Notes: generated by a model from the letters alone, not told the origin. A stretch of 64,000 nt of DNA from Isurus oxyrinchus (GCA_026770705.1 JANJGN010000008.1:24242001-24306000); one strand, 5' to 3'. Positions 1-13,095 are shown, counted from the stretch's first letter. Numbers and translations are program-made.

Positions 1-640
1 TCCAGCCCCTCTAATTTCTGTAATGATATCTAATGGAGCTGTGCATTCTCTCTGAAGTGGATTTTAATACCACTCTGTACTGCCTCCTTGTACTGATTCC
101 TATGTTTCCAAACATAGTCCTGCACTGTTTCTCTGTAACGTTTCTCTAACACCGCTCCTGTGCTGTTTCTTTGCACTGTTATACTAATAAATCCCCTTGC
201 TGCATTCTTCAGTGCTTAACTGTTTTTCTGCAGCATCTGCTTAAACTAGAATTGTGCTATCTCTCCACAAAGCCTGCCTAACCTAGCCCTGTACTACTAC
301 ATCTGTCTACAAGGATTTAAATTGAAATCAATGCTGTATCATAATATCAAACCATATCATGTCAAGGTATATCCTACTGTGTTTTACTCTTGTCAAAATA
401 CAGTCAGTTTGAGTCACCTATAGTCTGTTCTCTAAATTTTGAGTCCTGAACTGATGTCTGAGCCTTGTACTGTTGTTTTGTGTAATGACTATAAGCTCTG
501 TCTGGGCAAAAAGAACAACAACTTACTAACATTTCTTCAGATTGATACAGCTCACGTGTTTCTCAGATCTCATATTATGTCTGATTACATCATGCTCCCT
601 GACTTCCAGTCCAGATAAGAACCGGTACATCTCATCCAAA

Positions 641-1233
641 GGGTAGAATTTCATACCTCCCTCGGGAGTGGGCTGGGAAGCTGTGGGGCATGGGGGGAGG
701 GGCAGCATCTCATGGGATGGGGAGCCCATTGCCTTCTCAACTCTACTTAATAAAATCAGGGGTAGGAAAGGTTGAGGTCAGCAGTAGAAGAGCCTCATCC
801 TGCCACCATTAGAATTCGGCCAGTGGCAGGGGGGAATCATTGTCTCATGGGGAGGCTGCCAGGTATACACTGCTGGGCCTCCCTGTGGGTTTGGGGGGTG
901 GTGGTTGGTGAGAAGAGGCAAGGGTCACCCCACTGGGAGAGGCCTCCCTGCCTCCCCAACATGCCCCTCCCCCTCCTGGCCTGACACTCACCTGCCTTCC
1001 AGGGCCTCCTCTGTGACTGCTGCTCCGGGCCTCCTGCAGTCCTAGCAGTGGCCGCCGCTCATGGTGGTGCTGCTGGAACTGAAGAGCTGTTGACAATCTT
1101 GAAGGCGGGCTATTTGCCTTTAAAGGCATGGGAACCCTGAAAGCAGGCAGTTAACTGGAAAGGGCCACAGTGGGGTTGCCATGACTTTTCAGTCAGCGGA
1201 CAGATTTACTGTAGTGCCCAATATATTCAGCCC
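641..1233. mobile_element. Old Harbinger-like MITE (decayed)
   Basis: Begins gggtagaattt and ends atattcagccc, resembling the gggcagaatttt...aaaattctgccc TIRs of younger MITEs in the window. No matching TSD. Confidence 0.45.
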
Positions 1234-1244
1234 ATGGAATCATC

Positions 1245-2425
1245 GGCTGGGATTTTCCATTCTCGCCAGCATTGGGCATGTTCAGTGGCGTGAGTGGACA
1301 ATATGTCACTATCAGTTTCATGACAGCATGAAACCAGTTTGTGATTGTCCACTCAGCCTGCCAATGGCAGGCCATCAGCATATTGTTATAAGGCCAGCTC
1401 ACTGGACTCATCCCCCCTCCCCCCCAACCCTGCTGAATCATCCGCCCACTTAGGCAAGAAAACACAAAAACGTGCTTCATAACAGCACATAAGCGACATG
1501 CACTTGGTGGGCTGCATTTCGCTCAGGACTTCAAAGTTTTTTTGACTACCTTGTTTCAGTCAGCACTCACAGTCATCCTTGTAGGGAGGCTCACAGGTAG
1601 GTCTCTACCTACCAGATCAGCTATATGTGGCCTACTTTTCAATGGCTGCAGGGCAAGATCTTGCTTAGGAAAGGGGGAGAAGTGGCCTCAGGCAAGGGAA
1701 GAGGCTGCAGGACGAGAGTCGTACTCGGGAAGGGGGTTAACCCAGGGGGTATGTGGGGGCACATGTTGATTTGTTCAAGTGGCAGCAAGATGGTGAGGGT
1801 TGAAGAGGTGGTCTCCAGAGGAGATGAGGCCAGATGGACATGTGAGGGTGTGTGTGAGAATGGGCGGTGATGTCCCTTGAGCTGGCAGTGAGTGAGATGC
1901 CAGTGAATGTGTGATGGGCTTGTGTGTGAGCTTAGAGTGATGAGATAGTTGCCATACCCTGGCTGCACAGATGAGATCATTCATCCTCTGCATTGGATGG
2001 CCAACATCTTCTGTGTAACATTGGCATTGATCACCACTGCCATCACCTACCAAACCGGAGTGGTCATGTTGCTGCCCCTCCTGCAGCCAGAGTGGGGTTA
2101 GACAACATCACAGCGGGCCTCCACGGCATCCAAAGGGCACCCGAGGCTTGGAGTCTTCTTGCCTTTAGGGGCTATGTCTTGTTTGCTGCTGCCCTGAGCT
2201 GGAAACACTGAGCGTGGCTGTACTTTAAATGTGGTGCCTGGCGTGAGGAAGCAGCGAGGTGACAGTGTGGTGGGCCAATGAGATCCCGCAGCGGAAATGA
2301 TGTGCTTCCTGGGAATGCATAAGCAATGCGGTTGGTTTGGGACACTATGTCGTGAAAATCCACCATCGCGGTTGACGGGTAAAAAGGTGTTTTACCTGCC
2401 CACTATGCACAGAGCAAATTTGGGA
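1245..2425 (-). mobile_element. Harbinger-type Myb-carrying element, copy 1 (internally deleted)
   Basis: 1245-1450 is homologous to the reverse complement of 35140-35371 (ggctgggattttc terminus). 1958-2420 is homologous to 31770-32263. Retains Myb exon 1 (2175-1958, start codon mutated to ATA, donor agg|gtatgg). Confidence 0.75.
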
Positions 2426-2457
2426 CGATAAGGAGAGCATTCATAAATATAAAGCCA

Positions 2458-2893
2458 TAAACACTTCAATATTTTTATCCATTGTTTTATCTCTACCTTT
2501 TAGCCTATTTCGATTCTTCACCCCACCCCCATTAGGGCTATCTGTACCTTGCTTGTCCTGCTTTCTACCCTTAATTAGCACATTCCTTAGATAATATCAC
2601 CACCTTCAACACCTCTTTGTCCTTTTGTCTGTGACATCTTTTGGCTATCTCCACCTATCACTGGCCCTCTATCCAGCTCTACCTGTCCCACCCACCTCCC
2701 CCAACCCACCCCCCGCCCCTTAAACAGACTTATATTTCAGCTCTCTTCTAATTTTACTTAGTTCTGTTGAAGAGTCATACAGACTTGAAGCGTTAACTGT
2801 GTTCCTCTCCGCAGATGCTGCCAGACCTGCTGAGTTTTTCCAGGTATTTTTATTTATGTTTTGGATTTCCAGCATCCGCAGTTTTTTGCTTTA
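2458..2893 (+). mobile_element. Penelope-like element (Neptune family) 3' end, older copy
   Basis: Homologous to 39600-40032, including a degenerate hammerhead agtt-ctgttga-agagtcatacagactt-gaag-cgtt-aact (~2760-2798) and the terminal tail. Confidence 0.85.
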
Positions 2894-3409
2894 ATCGATA
2901 TTTTCATGTATTCTTACCACCTGCATCCCTGTGATTTCTTTTTTTTCTCCCAGTAAATGATTAAAGTGTGAAGAGAACTTCAGAACCCCCCCTCCCCCAG
3001 TCTCAGTTACTGATGTGTTAAAAATGAATATTATTGAACTTGCATTCAAGCAGAGCTATTCCCCCTCAAGTAAGAAACATCTTAAATTGTGCCAAATTCC
3101 AAGCCATTGGAACTGATCTACAGATCCCAAATCCCATCCTCGACAATCCAAGTCTGCTGCCAGCTGTGTACTTTCTGACACTGGAGAGTCCCCTTCCTGC
3201 AGGCTCTATTACCCATCAGCCTTGAACAGCCCAATGGACTGCAATTGGATTGTTACCTACTCTGCAGGCATCAAACCTGCAGCTGGCCAAGAGCATCTGG
3301 GAGCCTCTATTCCCTATTCCTACTGGCTCTCTACTTCCAGTAGTAAGTTTAGAAACAAGCTTTATAAAAGTTTCATATATCACTTTAGGTAAATTATGGT
3401 GTGAAACTG

Positions 3410-3730
3410 AAACAACTTGAAGACCTTTCTTTTGATTTGGGAAAATAAGTGCCCAGGCCAAAAGACCAATATGCTGTCACGGTTGAAAGAGTAAAACAAA
3501 TGTGATGAATCAAGAAGCCATGATTCAGCAAGATGAGGAGAAGTTTTTTTTACATCAAGAGTTGTTACCACCTAGAATGCACTGCCTGAATGGTTGTGGA
3601 AGCAGATTCAATATTCAAAAGGCAATTGGATAAATTCTTGAAGGGAAAGTATTTGCAGGGTGACAGGAAAGCGAAGAGTAGTAAGACTACTCATATATTT
3701 CGTTCAGAGTCAGCACAGACAAAATGGGCC
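3410..3730 (+). mobile_element. CR1 LINE 3' fragment
   Basis: Decayed RRNFF.QRVV..WNALP-type ORF2 end and 3' UTR, similar to 6170-6470. Confidence 0.7.
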
Positions 3731-3731
3731 T

Positions 3732-4380
3732 TGTTAAATAATGAGTTAATAATGAGATAGTGATGTGTACTATGATGTAACGGTGACATCAGCAGTCATT
3801 TGCAAGAGACTGAGAAGATAAGGTGGAAGAGTCTGTACAAGAGACAGAGGTGCTTACCAATAAGCTTATTATGTATTATAGTGTAAATGAAGGAGTTCTT
3901 GAAGAAACCTAATGGAGTTAAATCTAAGTCACTCATAAGTAGAGGGCAACTTTCCCAGTACAGATTGGGTCACAAGGTCACCTGGTCATTGCAGAAGAAG
4001 CTATAACAGAACCAGCTAAGGAGTCCCGATGTTTAAAGATTCCGAGAAAGGGTAAGTTATACTTTGAGACCAACTGTAGTGATATAGAGTGGAGGAAAAG
4101 TGTGTAGAGTGAAAATTAGAAAGAGCAAGAAAGGAATATTCAGTGAATTTTTGCTCATATTGTTACAATCCGAGTTGATTTTAACAGTGGACAAGTCAGA
4201 TTCCAGGGTGAAGCTTGGCTTGATAGACCCTAACTTTAATTTTTATTTTGAAGCAGCGGAGGAAAGTTTCGGAACAAATTCACAGGAGTCGGCTGGTGAA
4301 CTTATATCACAAAGATAGAAACATTTATTAAACAAGAAAAATGAACTAGCATTAAATGACTTAGCATTAAACGTCAGTGT
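3732..4380 (+). mobile_element. Probable LTR / LTR-retrotransposon remnants
   Basis: Starts tg, ~230 bp to ...gtaca followed by a tggg PBS-like site and a leader with donor ggtaagt. No coding remnant recognised. Confidence 0.3.
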
Positions 4381-4436
4381 TCTCAGGTTGTTAAAGAGGC
4401 TGGTGGGTATCTGTATGAGAAAAATGTATTTTTGTA

Positions 4437-4612
4437 TTGCTGAAAAGAGAGATGTTTTCGAAACTTTTTGTCATGCGCTCATCAGGACAAATGCAAGAAT
4501 GTCAAATTTCAAATGATCGTAACAGTTTATAACGCAGGAGAAAAGGGTGCTGACTGGTTGGCTCATTGATCTTGATTTTCTGAGGTTTTTCCATGGAGAA
4601 AGTAATAGGGAA
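4437..4612 (-). mobile_element. Penelope-like family 2, 3' end with hammerhead motif
   Basis: Reverse complement tgtc-ctgatga-gcgcatgac-aaaaagtttcga matches 46255-46290 and 61590-61640. Confidence 0.75.
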
Positions 4613-4789
4613 ATATAGGCGAGAAGGCCAAAGGTTGGTTACACGTCAGTGTGAAAGCACAGCGGGATCATCTGATGGTGTCCGCCATGGTGGAACGCCA
4701 ATCCCGCTGGAGGCCGGCATGAACCTGCTTTGCATCCTGCTAGTGTGATGCAAAGCAAGGCCTGACCAGAATTGTCTCCGCTCAGAGAA

Positions 4790-6478
4790 AGAGGCTGAGG
4801 AAATAATAATTTGGAATCAGGAAATGGCAGAGGAGTCGAATAAATATTTTGCATCAGTCTTCACAGTAGAAGACACGATAGAATTCCAAAAATGCTAAAT
4901 AATTAAGGGGCAAAAGGCGGGGGGAGGAAATAAATACAATAACTAGCACTTGAGAAAAGTACAAGGGACACTAATGGGGCTAAAGGCTAATAAGTCCCTT
5001 GGACCTGATGGATTGCATCCTAGGATATTAAAGGAAGCAGCTACACAGATAGTGGATGCACTGGTAGTATCCTTCCAAGAATCTTTAAATTCTGCAAAAG
5101 CCCCAGAGGATTGGAAAACTGCTAATGTACCACCCTTATTCAAAAATGGAGGGAGACTAAAAACAAGTAACTATAGGCAGTTAGCTTAACGTCCATCATT
5201 GGGAAAATGTTAGAGTCTATTATAAAGGATGTAATAGCAGAGCATTTAGAAATGCATAATATAATCAAGCAGAGTCAGTATCGCTTCATGAAGGGGAAGT
5301 CATGCCTGACAAATTTGCTAGAATTCTTTGAGGAGGTAACAAGTAGGAACGAGTAGATGGAATATATTTGGATTTCCAAAAGGTGTTTGATAAGGTACCG
5401 CACATAAGGCTACTTAATAAGACAAAAGTCCATGGTGTTGGGGGTAGTATGGATAGAGGATTGGCTAACGAATTGAAGACAGTGAGTTGGGATAAAAGTG
5501 GCATTTTTAGGATGGCAGCCTGTAACTAGTGTAGTCCCTCACGGATCAGTGCTGGGGCCACAATTATTCACAATATATATTAATGACTTGGGTGAGGGAA
5601 GTGAATGTACTATTGCCAACATGGCAGATGGAATATAATGTGGGAAAATGTAAGGTTAAACACTTTGGCTGGAAGAATAGAGGAGCTGAATGTTATTTAA
5701 ATGGAGGAAGAATTGATGAGCTGAATGTTATTTAAATGGAGAAAGACTGAAGAAATCTGCAGCACAGAGGGATTTGGGGGTCCTCGTGCATGAATCCCAA
5801 AAAGCTAGCATACAAGTTCAGCAGTTAATAGGTTAAGCAAATGGAATGTTGGTCTTTATTTCAAAGGGAATGGAGTATAAAAATAGGGAAGTCTTGCTAA
5901 AACTATACAAGGCACTAGTTAAACCACACCTAGAATACTGTGAACGGTTTTGGTCCCCTTATCTAAGGAAAGATATACTGGCATTGGAGGCAGTCCAGAG
6001 AAGGTTCACTAGGTTGATTCCGGGTATGGAGGGATTTTCTTATGAGGACAGGTTGAATAGGTTAGGCTTGTACTCATTGGAATTTAGAAGAATGAGAGGT
6101 GACCTTATTGAAACATATATGATTTTAGTGGGCTTGACAGAGTAGATGCTGAGAGGTTATTTCCCCTTGTGGGAGAGTCTAGGACCAGAGGGTATAATCT
6201 CAGAGTAAGGGGGTGCCCATTTAAAACAGAGATGAGGAGGAATTTCTTCTCTCAGAGGGTAGTCAATCTGTGGAATTCTTTACCACAGAGGGCTGTAGAA
6301 GCTGGGTCATTGGGTATATTCAAGATAGACAGATTTTTAATCACTAGGAAATGAAGGGTTATGGAGAAAAGGCAGCAAAATGGAGTTGAGGATTATCAGA
6401 TCAGCCATGATCTCATTGAATGGTGGAACAGACTCAATGTGCTGAATTGCCTACTTCTGCTCCTATGTCTTATGGTCA
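4790..6478 (+). mobile_element. CR1 LINE, 5'-truncated ORF2 (RT) with frameshifts
   Basis: [84 protein letters not shown]; cttatg-type tail. Confidence 0.95.
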
Positions 6479-7250
6479 TATCATTATACCGGCAGGAAAA
6501 CACGCTGGCCCAGAACATGTCTGGACAAGTGTGAAATGTAGGAGTCAGGGCTTACCGTTAGGGCCTTGCTCACATTACAGACATCCGAGGAGCAGGAGAT
6601 GCTGGATCCCTACAGCAACCAGACCCTGGGAGTACACATGCATCACATGCTTAGTGGATTCTCATGGACATGGCTCCACTGCAAAGCAGCTCTCAGAAGG
6701 TGGGAGGTCTTTGTTGATGTCTCAGGTTTGCTTCAGAACATCACAGTCTTGGTCACGGGCCACTATGAATGATCGGCGAGGCGGAGAAAGAGGAAGTTCC
6801 AGTTGGGGGTTGGTGGTGGGAGAGGAAGGTCTAGGTTTAACTGGGAGAGGAAGGTGGGGGTTTAGGTTGGGAAGGAGGAAATGAAGATGTCAGGGTGGTG
6901 AAGTTGGCATGACTTGTCAGGCATGACTTCCCTTTCATGAAGCCATGAAGCAGGGGGGAGGAGGGAGGACCAGGGGAGGAGGGTGTAACAGTGGGGAATG
7001 TGGCAAGTGGGAGGTAGGTATAAGGGGGAGGAAGGTGTAAGGGAAGGAGTGGTGGGGGTGTAAGAAGTTCAGGGGGAGGAAGGAGTCTTGGGGGGAAGAA
7101 AGAGTTATGAGGGGTTAAGGAGTCCAGGGGGAGGAAGGAGTCCAGGAGGAGGAAAGAGTTCGGAGGGGGAAGGAGTAAGGGTGGCAGAGGGAAAAGGGGT
7201 GGAGGAGGTGAATGTGCCATTGAGGAAATTCTGTGGGATCAATGACTTAC

Positions 7251-7975
7251 CTCTTGGGGAGTGAACTGACAGTGGGCATAGTAAGAGGGAATGGTGAGCA
7301 TAAGAGGAGGCAGAGTAAGCTGGAAGGTTGGGAGGGTGTGGGTGCGACAGTAGCAGTAGAAGGAAAAATGAGGGTGGTTGGTTGGTTGGTAGGGACTTGG
7401 AGGCAGACATGGACACTGGGGGTGGGGAGGAGGAGATCAGGAAGGTCAAGGTGGAAAGGGGTGGGATTCTCAGGAAGGTAGGGAATGTGCACATCCTCCT
7501 CGACAGCCTGGAAAGAAAAGGGTTCTGGTTAGCACCGTGATTGGGGAGGTGGAAGGTGATGCCTGGGGTGGAGTCAATAGTGTTAGGGGAAAGGACATGG
7601 GTGATTGGGGGAGGGGAAAGGGTGGGGGAGCTGAGCAGAAACGTGATGACCACCATGTTTCTCAAATCAAAAGTGAGCAGAGTCTCGTGTTGGACAGGCA
7701 CAGGTGCTGCATGGTAGTGCAGTCAGTGGGTGGTTGGAGATACAGGTTAGCTCAAATACACAACTGAAAGAGAGGCCCGGCAGGCAGCATTGAAAATGCT
7801 CAGGGCGCTGAGATGATTGTGATGGAGGAAGGCTCCGCATGTCTGGGAGAAACCTTGCCCGAGCTCTGAAAGGCCCTGCCACACACACACTTCTCCCTCC
7901 AGAATCACTCGTTGTCCGTCGGCATGCAGTTGAACTGCTCGTGGTGGAGGGATGCAGGGAAAGGACTGGCAAAGC
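7251..7975 (-). pseudogene. Unidentified exon-like segment within the Harbinger-type element (frameshifted)
   Basis: Bounded by ttcatttacag|G (7975) and GAG|gtaagt (7251). Corrected translation aligns with 33580-34235 of copy 3 with conservative substitutions. No known domain recognised. Confidence 0.45.
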
Positions 7976-8032
7976 CTGTAAATGAAGCTGAAGGACACCA
8001 TTACACATTATTCAGTGAAAGTGAATTTACTT

Positions 8033-9743
8033 TCAGATTATAAAATTCTCAACTTTTCTAGGCCTACTATTTCTTCTAGGTGCTGCCCTGACATCCGCAG
8101 CAGGGGCGGAGACAGCCTGTGCAATGGTTGGCCCTGTTACCTCTGATGACTTCGGAGCGTGTCATCTGGACAGCCAAGGCCTTGATGGCCCCGGCTTGGT
8201 TTGGCTGTCCTCCTGTGGACCAGCTGCTCCCTCTGCAGTGACACAGGAAGAGGCTGAGGGGATCGCAGCCAAAGGGGACTTGGTGAGACAGGACAGTATC
8301 TGAGATTCCTGAGTGGATGACCCAGGGATGTCCAGCTGCTGCTTCTCCTTCATTTGGGTGACCAAGCGCCCCGGCCTGACTCCTCGAGGAGAAGGAGAAC
8401 CTGGAGGGGCATAGAGGTACCCCGTTTCCCTCTTGCACTGCCACTGCAGGAAGTCACACATGGCTGCCACGATGGAGTGCAGGTCTGCGCGCATCTCTGT
8501 GTTCGGCTGGATCAGGATGTCCATGGCACCTGCAATCTTTCCCATGGAGACTGCCTTGTGCACACATGTGGGCACCACTTCATCAAACAGCAGGTGGATA
8601 CACTCCTCCAACTTGTGTGCCACTCTGTTGAGGGCTTCCAACAGCTTTGCGTGATGTTGCCCCACCTTCTGCTGACTCTCCACAGTGAGATGGAAAGCCG
8701 AATCCAGAGGCTCATCATCCAACTCAAGCCTCACAGATGCCTCTTCTCCAGCAGTCCTCCGAGTGCCAGGGAGCTCGGCTGAACCTGCCACATCGTGCTG
8801 AGGGCACGTATCCGTGCACCACCAGATTGTGAACCCGAGCCTGCTCTAGATCTAGGTCCCACCGAGGTGTGTGTCTCTGCGTTGGTGGAGGGTGTGGGTA
8901 AGCGCTGTGCTGGGTCTTCCAGGCTGTTTGTTTCCAGCTGTTCATTGGAGGAGTAATCATTTTGGCTGGAGGTGAGGTCGTGGATGGAGGTGAGGGACTG
9001 GTTGGCTGAGGGCATTGGTCGCTTGGCAGAGCTCCCTGTGAAACCAGGTAGACATAATTAGGGCATGGCAGCAGAGTCAAAAGCAGGAGAGAGAGCACTC
9101 ACAGTTGCGTTGAGAGGGATGATGTGGTGTAGGATCGTCACGTGAGTGTCCACCACCGGCCGCACCATTGCTGCAGGCAGTGTCCATGTCCTCACTAGTC
9201 ACCGCGATGTCACACTCCTCAAAGTGAGTGAGGAGCCTAATGTGGGATCTCTCCCTGCTGCTGTGACCCAGCTTCTTCTGCATGAAAACAGATGCAGAAA
9301 GCATGGGCAGGAGACATGTCCCTGCATGGAATGTTTGTGTGGTGTGGTGGACAAGATGAGGACATGAGCTCCAGAGGATATGAGCCTGATGGAGGTGTGA
9401 GAGTATATGTAAGAGTCTGTGGTGTTGACCCTTAAAATGTGATATCCCTGAGGATATGCAAAGAGTTTGTGAGTATGTGAGTCGGGAATGATGAGGTGGT
9501 TGACCTTTCCTGGTAGAATGGATGCTAGCATTCATCCTCTTCCTGTACTGGATGGCTGATCTCTCTGCTCTGGTGGCACTGACCGCTGCTGTCACCAGGC
9601 TGGATTGTTGACTCTGGTGGACCTCTGGCAGCCAGGAAGGAAAGGTAGAGGACACCATGGAGGTCTTCCACTGCATCCAATAGGCACCCCAGAGAGGCAC
9701 CATTAAAGTTGAGGGCTGCCGTCTTCTTTGCTTTCAGGGGCAT
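8033..9743 (-). pseudogene. Myb/SANT-like DNA-binding protein gene (Harbinger ORF2, NAIF1/MSANTD-like), 3 exons
   Basis: Exon 1 ~9743-9512 (MPLKAKKTAALNFNGASLGCLLDAVE...RSAIQYRKRMN). Exon 2 9277-9142 (acceptor ttcatgcag). Exon 3 9035-8033 (acceptor ttcacag; coiled-coil, then basic C-terminus APRRNSRPRKV). Frameshifts and stops present. Confidence 0.8.
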
Positions 9744-9769
9744 ATGTCGCATGGACGATTCCACCTTTA

Positions 9770-10459
9770 GGCCAGGATTTTCCTGTCAGCAAATGTGGGG
9801 GGGGTCCCTGGAGGGGTGGGGCCCGCTCACAGACACGTAAAATGACGCACAGTGATGTCGGGCGGATCTCCCGATGTCACCGTGCCCCATTTAAATTTTC
9901 AGGTAGGTGGGGGCTCAGCAAAATCAGCTGTGCGCCTGCCGAGCTGTTAACGGCCAATTGAGGCCATTGACAGAGTCATTAAAGTAATTAACGGACCTGC
10001 CCATCCAACCTTAAGGTTGTCGAGCAGGCCAGGAGGCCTGGCGGGCATTAGAAAAAGCACGAAACCTCATCCATGGACGGGATGAGGTTTCATGTAGGTT
10101 TTAAAAAATGTAATTAAAGTGGTTTTAAAAGTTATGGACATATCAGGGACATTATTTTTTTCTATTTTTAATATTTTTCAATGGGCAGCTAATCACCCCG
10201 AGGCAGCATTTTGCCTTAAGGAGATGAGTGCGCTCTTTCATGCACATGCACTAAAGAGCGCACTCTCTGCTGAGGGATTCCCCTCCCACCCACACAGGGA
10301 GTGCATAGCGCTTCCATGCAGACGTCATGCTGATTAAGGCCCGCCCACGTAAAATGGCAGTGTGCCCCCGATTGGGGGGTGCCAATCGGAGCATGCCTCC
10401 GCGCACCCGCTCTTCAACATCCCCCCCCCCCCCCCAACAACGGGGGGAAAATTCTGCCC
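9770..10459 (-). mobile_element. Harbinger-type MITE, TSD TTA
   Basis: TIRs ggccaggattttcc / ggaaaattctgccc; tta on both flanks; homologous to the reverse complement of 60265-60964. Confidence 0.9.
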
Positions 10460-13008
10460 TTAGTCTCACTGTGAAACCTTTTGAAAATGTTATACCTTTG
10501 TTGAATGAGGTGTAACTGGGTTTTTAACTTTATAATTCCTACTAAATACCCTCGCTCACATTGAAAAACAAATTTTCTATTTCTGGAATGTCAAATTTCT
10601 CCATTATGATAAAATTCCACATATTTTAATTTTTTTTAAAAATTGTTTATCTTGATATTTTAGCTTCTAATCAAATTATAATAATTTATTTGCTTTCTGA
10701 AAAATTAAATTAATAGCGAAGGATAATGAGTGCTTTTTAGTTCCTGTTTTGCTGTCTGTCAGAATACTTCCATGAGCTTGGCTACTTACCCTGCTGGATG
10801 ACATCACAGTGGCTGCATCCTTGGGGATCCCTTTGAATGGATGCCAAATTTAAACGCTTGTTGGAAAGGAGGGAATACATGCCAGAGAGAATGCTAGATC
10901 TTTGTGGCAGCTTTCTTTGAGGTCATCAGCGAACATTTTTGCTTTACTGCTGACTGCAATATCCAGCCATTGTTCTGACCCTACAGTGTTCATTATCTGA
11001 ATGAATTTCCATTCGTATATTTTTCCAAGTCTCAATCAGCTAAAATATGAATTTATTTCAATCCTTCATCAGGTCCTTTCTGTTTCCTCTCGGAAACAGA
11101 TTACAGATTTTGAAATTATAAGAAGCAGCCTGAAAAGATATGGGTGTTACTCTCACAAGCACACTCCCTTCTGTCACAAGCACCTTGCGTGACCTTTTTC
11201 CTCTGTCTCTCTCAAGAATACTACAGGCCTCCTGCCAAAATGGCAGTACGAGATTGTGAAAATCTTCATGGAATGTCGGCACCAGCATACTAGGTTATAA
11301 ATTGTGAGGACCAAAATATAAAATATACCAGTTATGCTACTAGACAAGCAACTCAGAGCTATTAAGTTCAAATCTATAGCCATGGCTGGCTCCCTGAAAA
11401 AAAAACAGTTAAACATGGAAATGACTGATACTGGTCCAAACTAACCTTGCATACTTTAAAATGGACCTCCGGTTCAGACCTGTACCAGTCATTTCCACTT
11501 TTTACTGGTTTTCCCTGCTGGGAAAAATTGTGGAAATTAATAGTTCTTGTGTTGCACAATGTTTACTTCCAGACTAACATGTGCCTCCATTGTGTCCGAT
11601 TGAGAACAGCTCTGTCTCTATAAATATGATGGATTTGGATGCATTGAAGTACATCAGCATTCAATTCACTCATCAGCTTTGACAGGTGTCAGAAAGACAA
11701 GGTTTCATTTCCTTTCACACCTGGATTGAATTAGGTTTCCCCTAACCACCCCACCCCCACCAAGTACCAAACATTAATTGAAACTAATGCTCTAACCAGC
11801 TGTGCCACTTTTCCCAACTTTGTCAGATCAGAGCAGTGAAAACCTTTCATTTGATGAAACATTGGCTTTCACACAGTGGCATTGATAGCAGAGATGTGCA
11901 AAAAGAAAAGACTGCCAGCGTGAGTACACTGATGAGCTTTGACTTAAGAGAACGTGGATCTGCAATTTAATTCTGCAGGGCAATTGGTAACAAGCTGACT
12001 CTTAAAGGAAGGAAGGTAAATATAATTTTGAAGAATCAAATCAAATATGCTTGCTAGTGTTTCAATTTTTTACTTATAAATAATAGCCAACACCCCATGG
12101 TGATTATTCCTTCACCATCGGAAAACTAAGAGAATGCATCAGTGCTCCTGTCATTTCCAGTAGGTGCACAGCAGTAATTAGGATGTTCTGTTTGATGCGG
12201 GATAGTGGTGCATTTCCATATATTGTGCATATTGGACCATCCATCAGTTCTCAAAGAAAGCAAGGTCAAGTTTAGGGCTGAGCCTGAGAAATACCTAATA
12301 CCTGAAACTGTAACACCTACAACCTCATACAGTTATGCTGCAGATATTTATTGGTCAAATGTGCCGTACTATTTTTGCTTTGTTAGGTACATTTTTTGCT
12401 CATCATTGTGAAGATGTCAGTGCAGGGGTTGGAACATATTGCCTATTTTGTCACCCACCCAGCATCAGGATATAACATTCTCAACTCAACTGTAACACAT
12501 CCAAGTACAGCATAGAGCCTCCTCTATCTTAATAACCTCAGAAGAACAACCTCCTACTGCACCAGTGTATATCTGACCCCTTCTTATACCATACTTCCTC
12601 TGGCCTTTATGAATTAAATGCCAAATTGAAAGCAATTCTGTATCATCGGTTCCTGGCTTGGAAAGAATTAATTTTCATCTCTCTTAGGTTTGGAAAAATG
12701 TGCACAGCTGGAATGAAAGCCAGCTGTGCTGAATCTTCCTAAATTCATGTTGCAAAGGAGAGAGCCACCAGAGAGTGGAAACTTTTGTCCTGTTACTTTG
12801 GGGATAAAACCAAGGGCACGGAGGTGAAAGGGCAGAAGGACAGTAAATCAGACCAGGGTGCCAGTCAAATACTTTTTCATACGCACACACCTGGCCCAGA
12901 TTTTGTGGTAAGAATATCGATGAAGCTATCAATGCTTACCATTATTAAAGAGCAAATCAAACAAAGTTCTGGAAAGCACACATGCACAGTTAAACATGGA
13001 AATCAATA

Positions 13009-13095
13009 ATAAAAATAGAAAGTGCTGGAAGTACTCAGCAGATCTGGCAACATCCGTGGAGAGAGAGAAGCAGGGTTAATGTTTCAAGCCAGAAC
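13009..13095 (-). mobile_element. Penelope-like 3' end fragment (old)
   Basis: tgctggaagtactcagcagatctggcaacatccgtggagaga matches the PLE terminus in reverse. Similar fragments occur at ~23352-23447(-), 40185-40315, 40497-40575(-) and 43402-43497(+). Confidence 0.7.

Larger units (their letters stand above)
4612..9752 (-). mobile_element. Harbinger-type Myb-carrying element, copy 2 (interrupted by a CR1)
   Basis: 4612-4700 matches the terminal region of copy 3. 6480-6730, 7226-7920 and 8230-9750 are colinear with the reverse complement of 34920-35150, 33580-34260 and 32020-33570. Confidence 0.8.

Noticed and set aside
7330-7990. HARBI1 transposase on the + strand (GWLVG, GRKG-like and EAE motifs)
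   Set aside because: Motifs are short, out of the expected order and not conserved between copies 2 and 3.
12702-12729. 10-bp perfect hairpin gcacagctgg/ccagctgtgc after an acceptor-like site
   Set aside because: All three frames stop quickly; a single short hairpin is not significant without other support.
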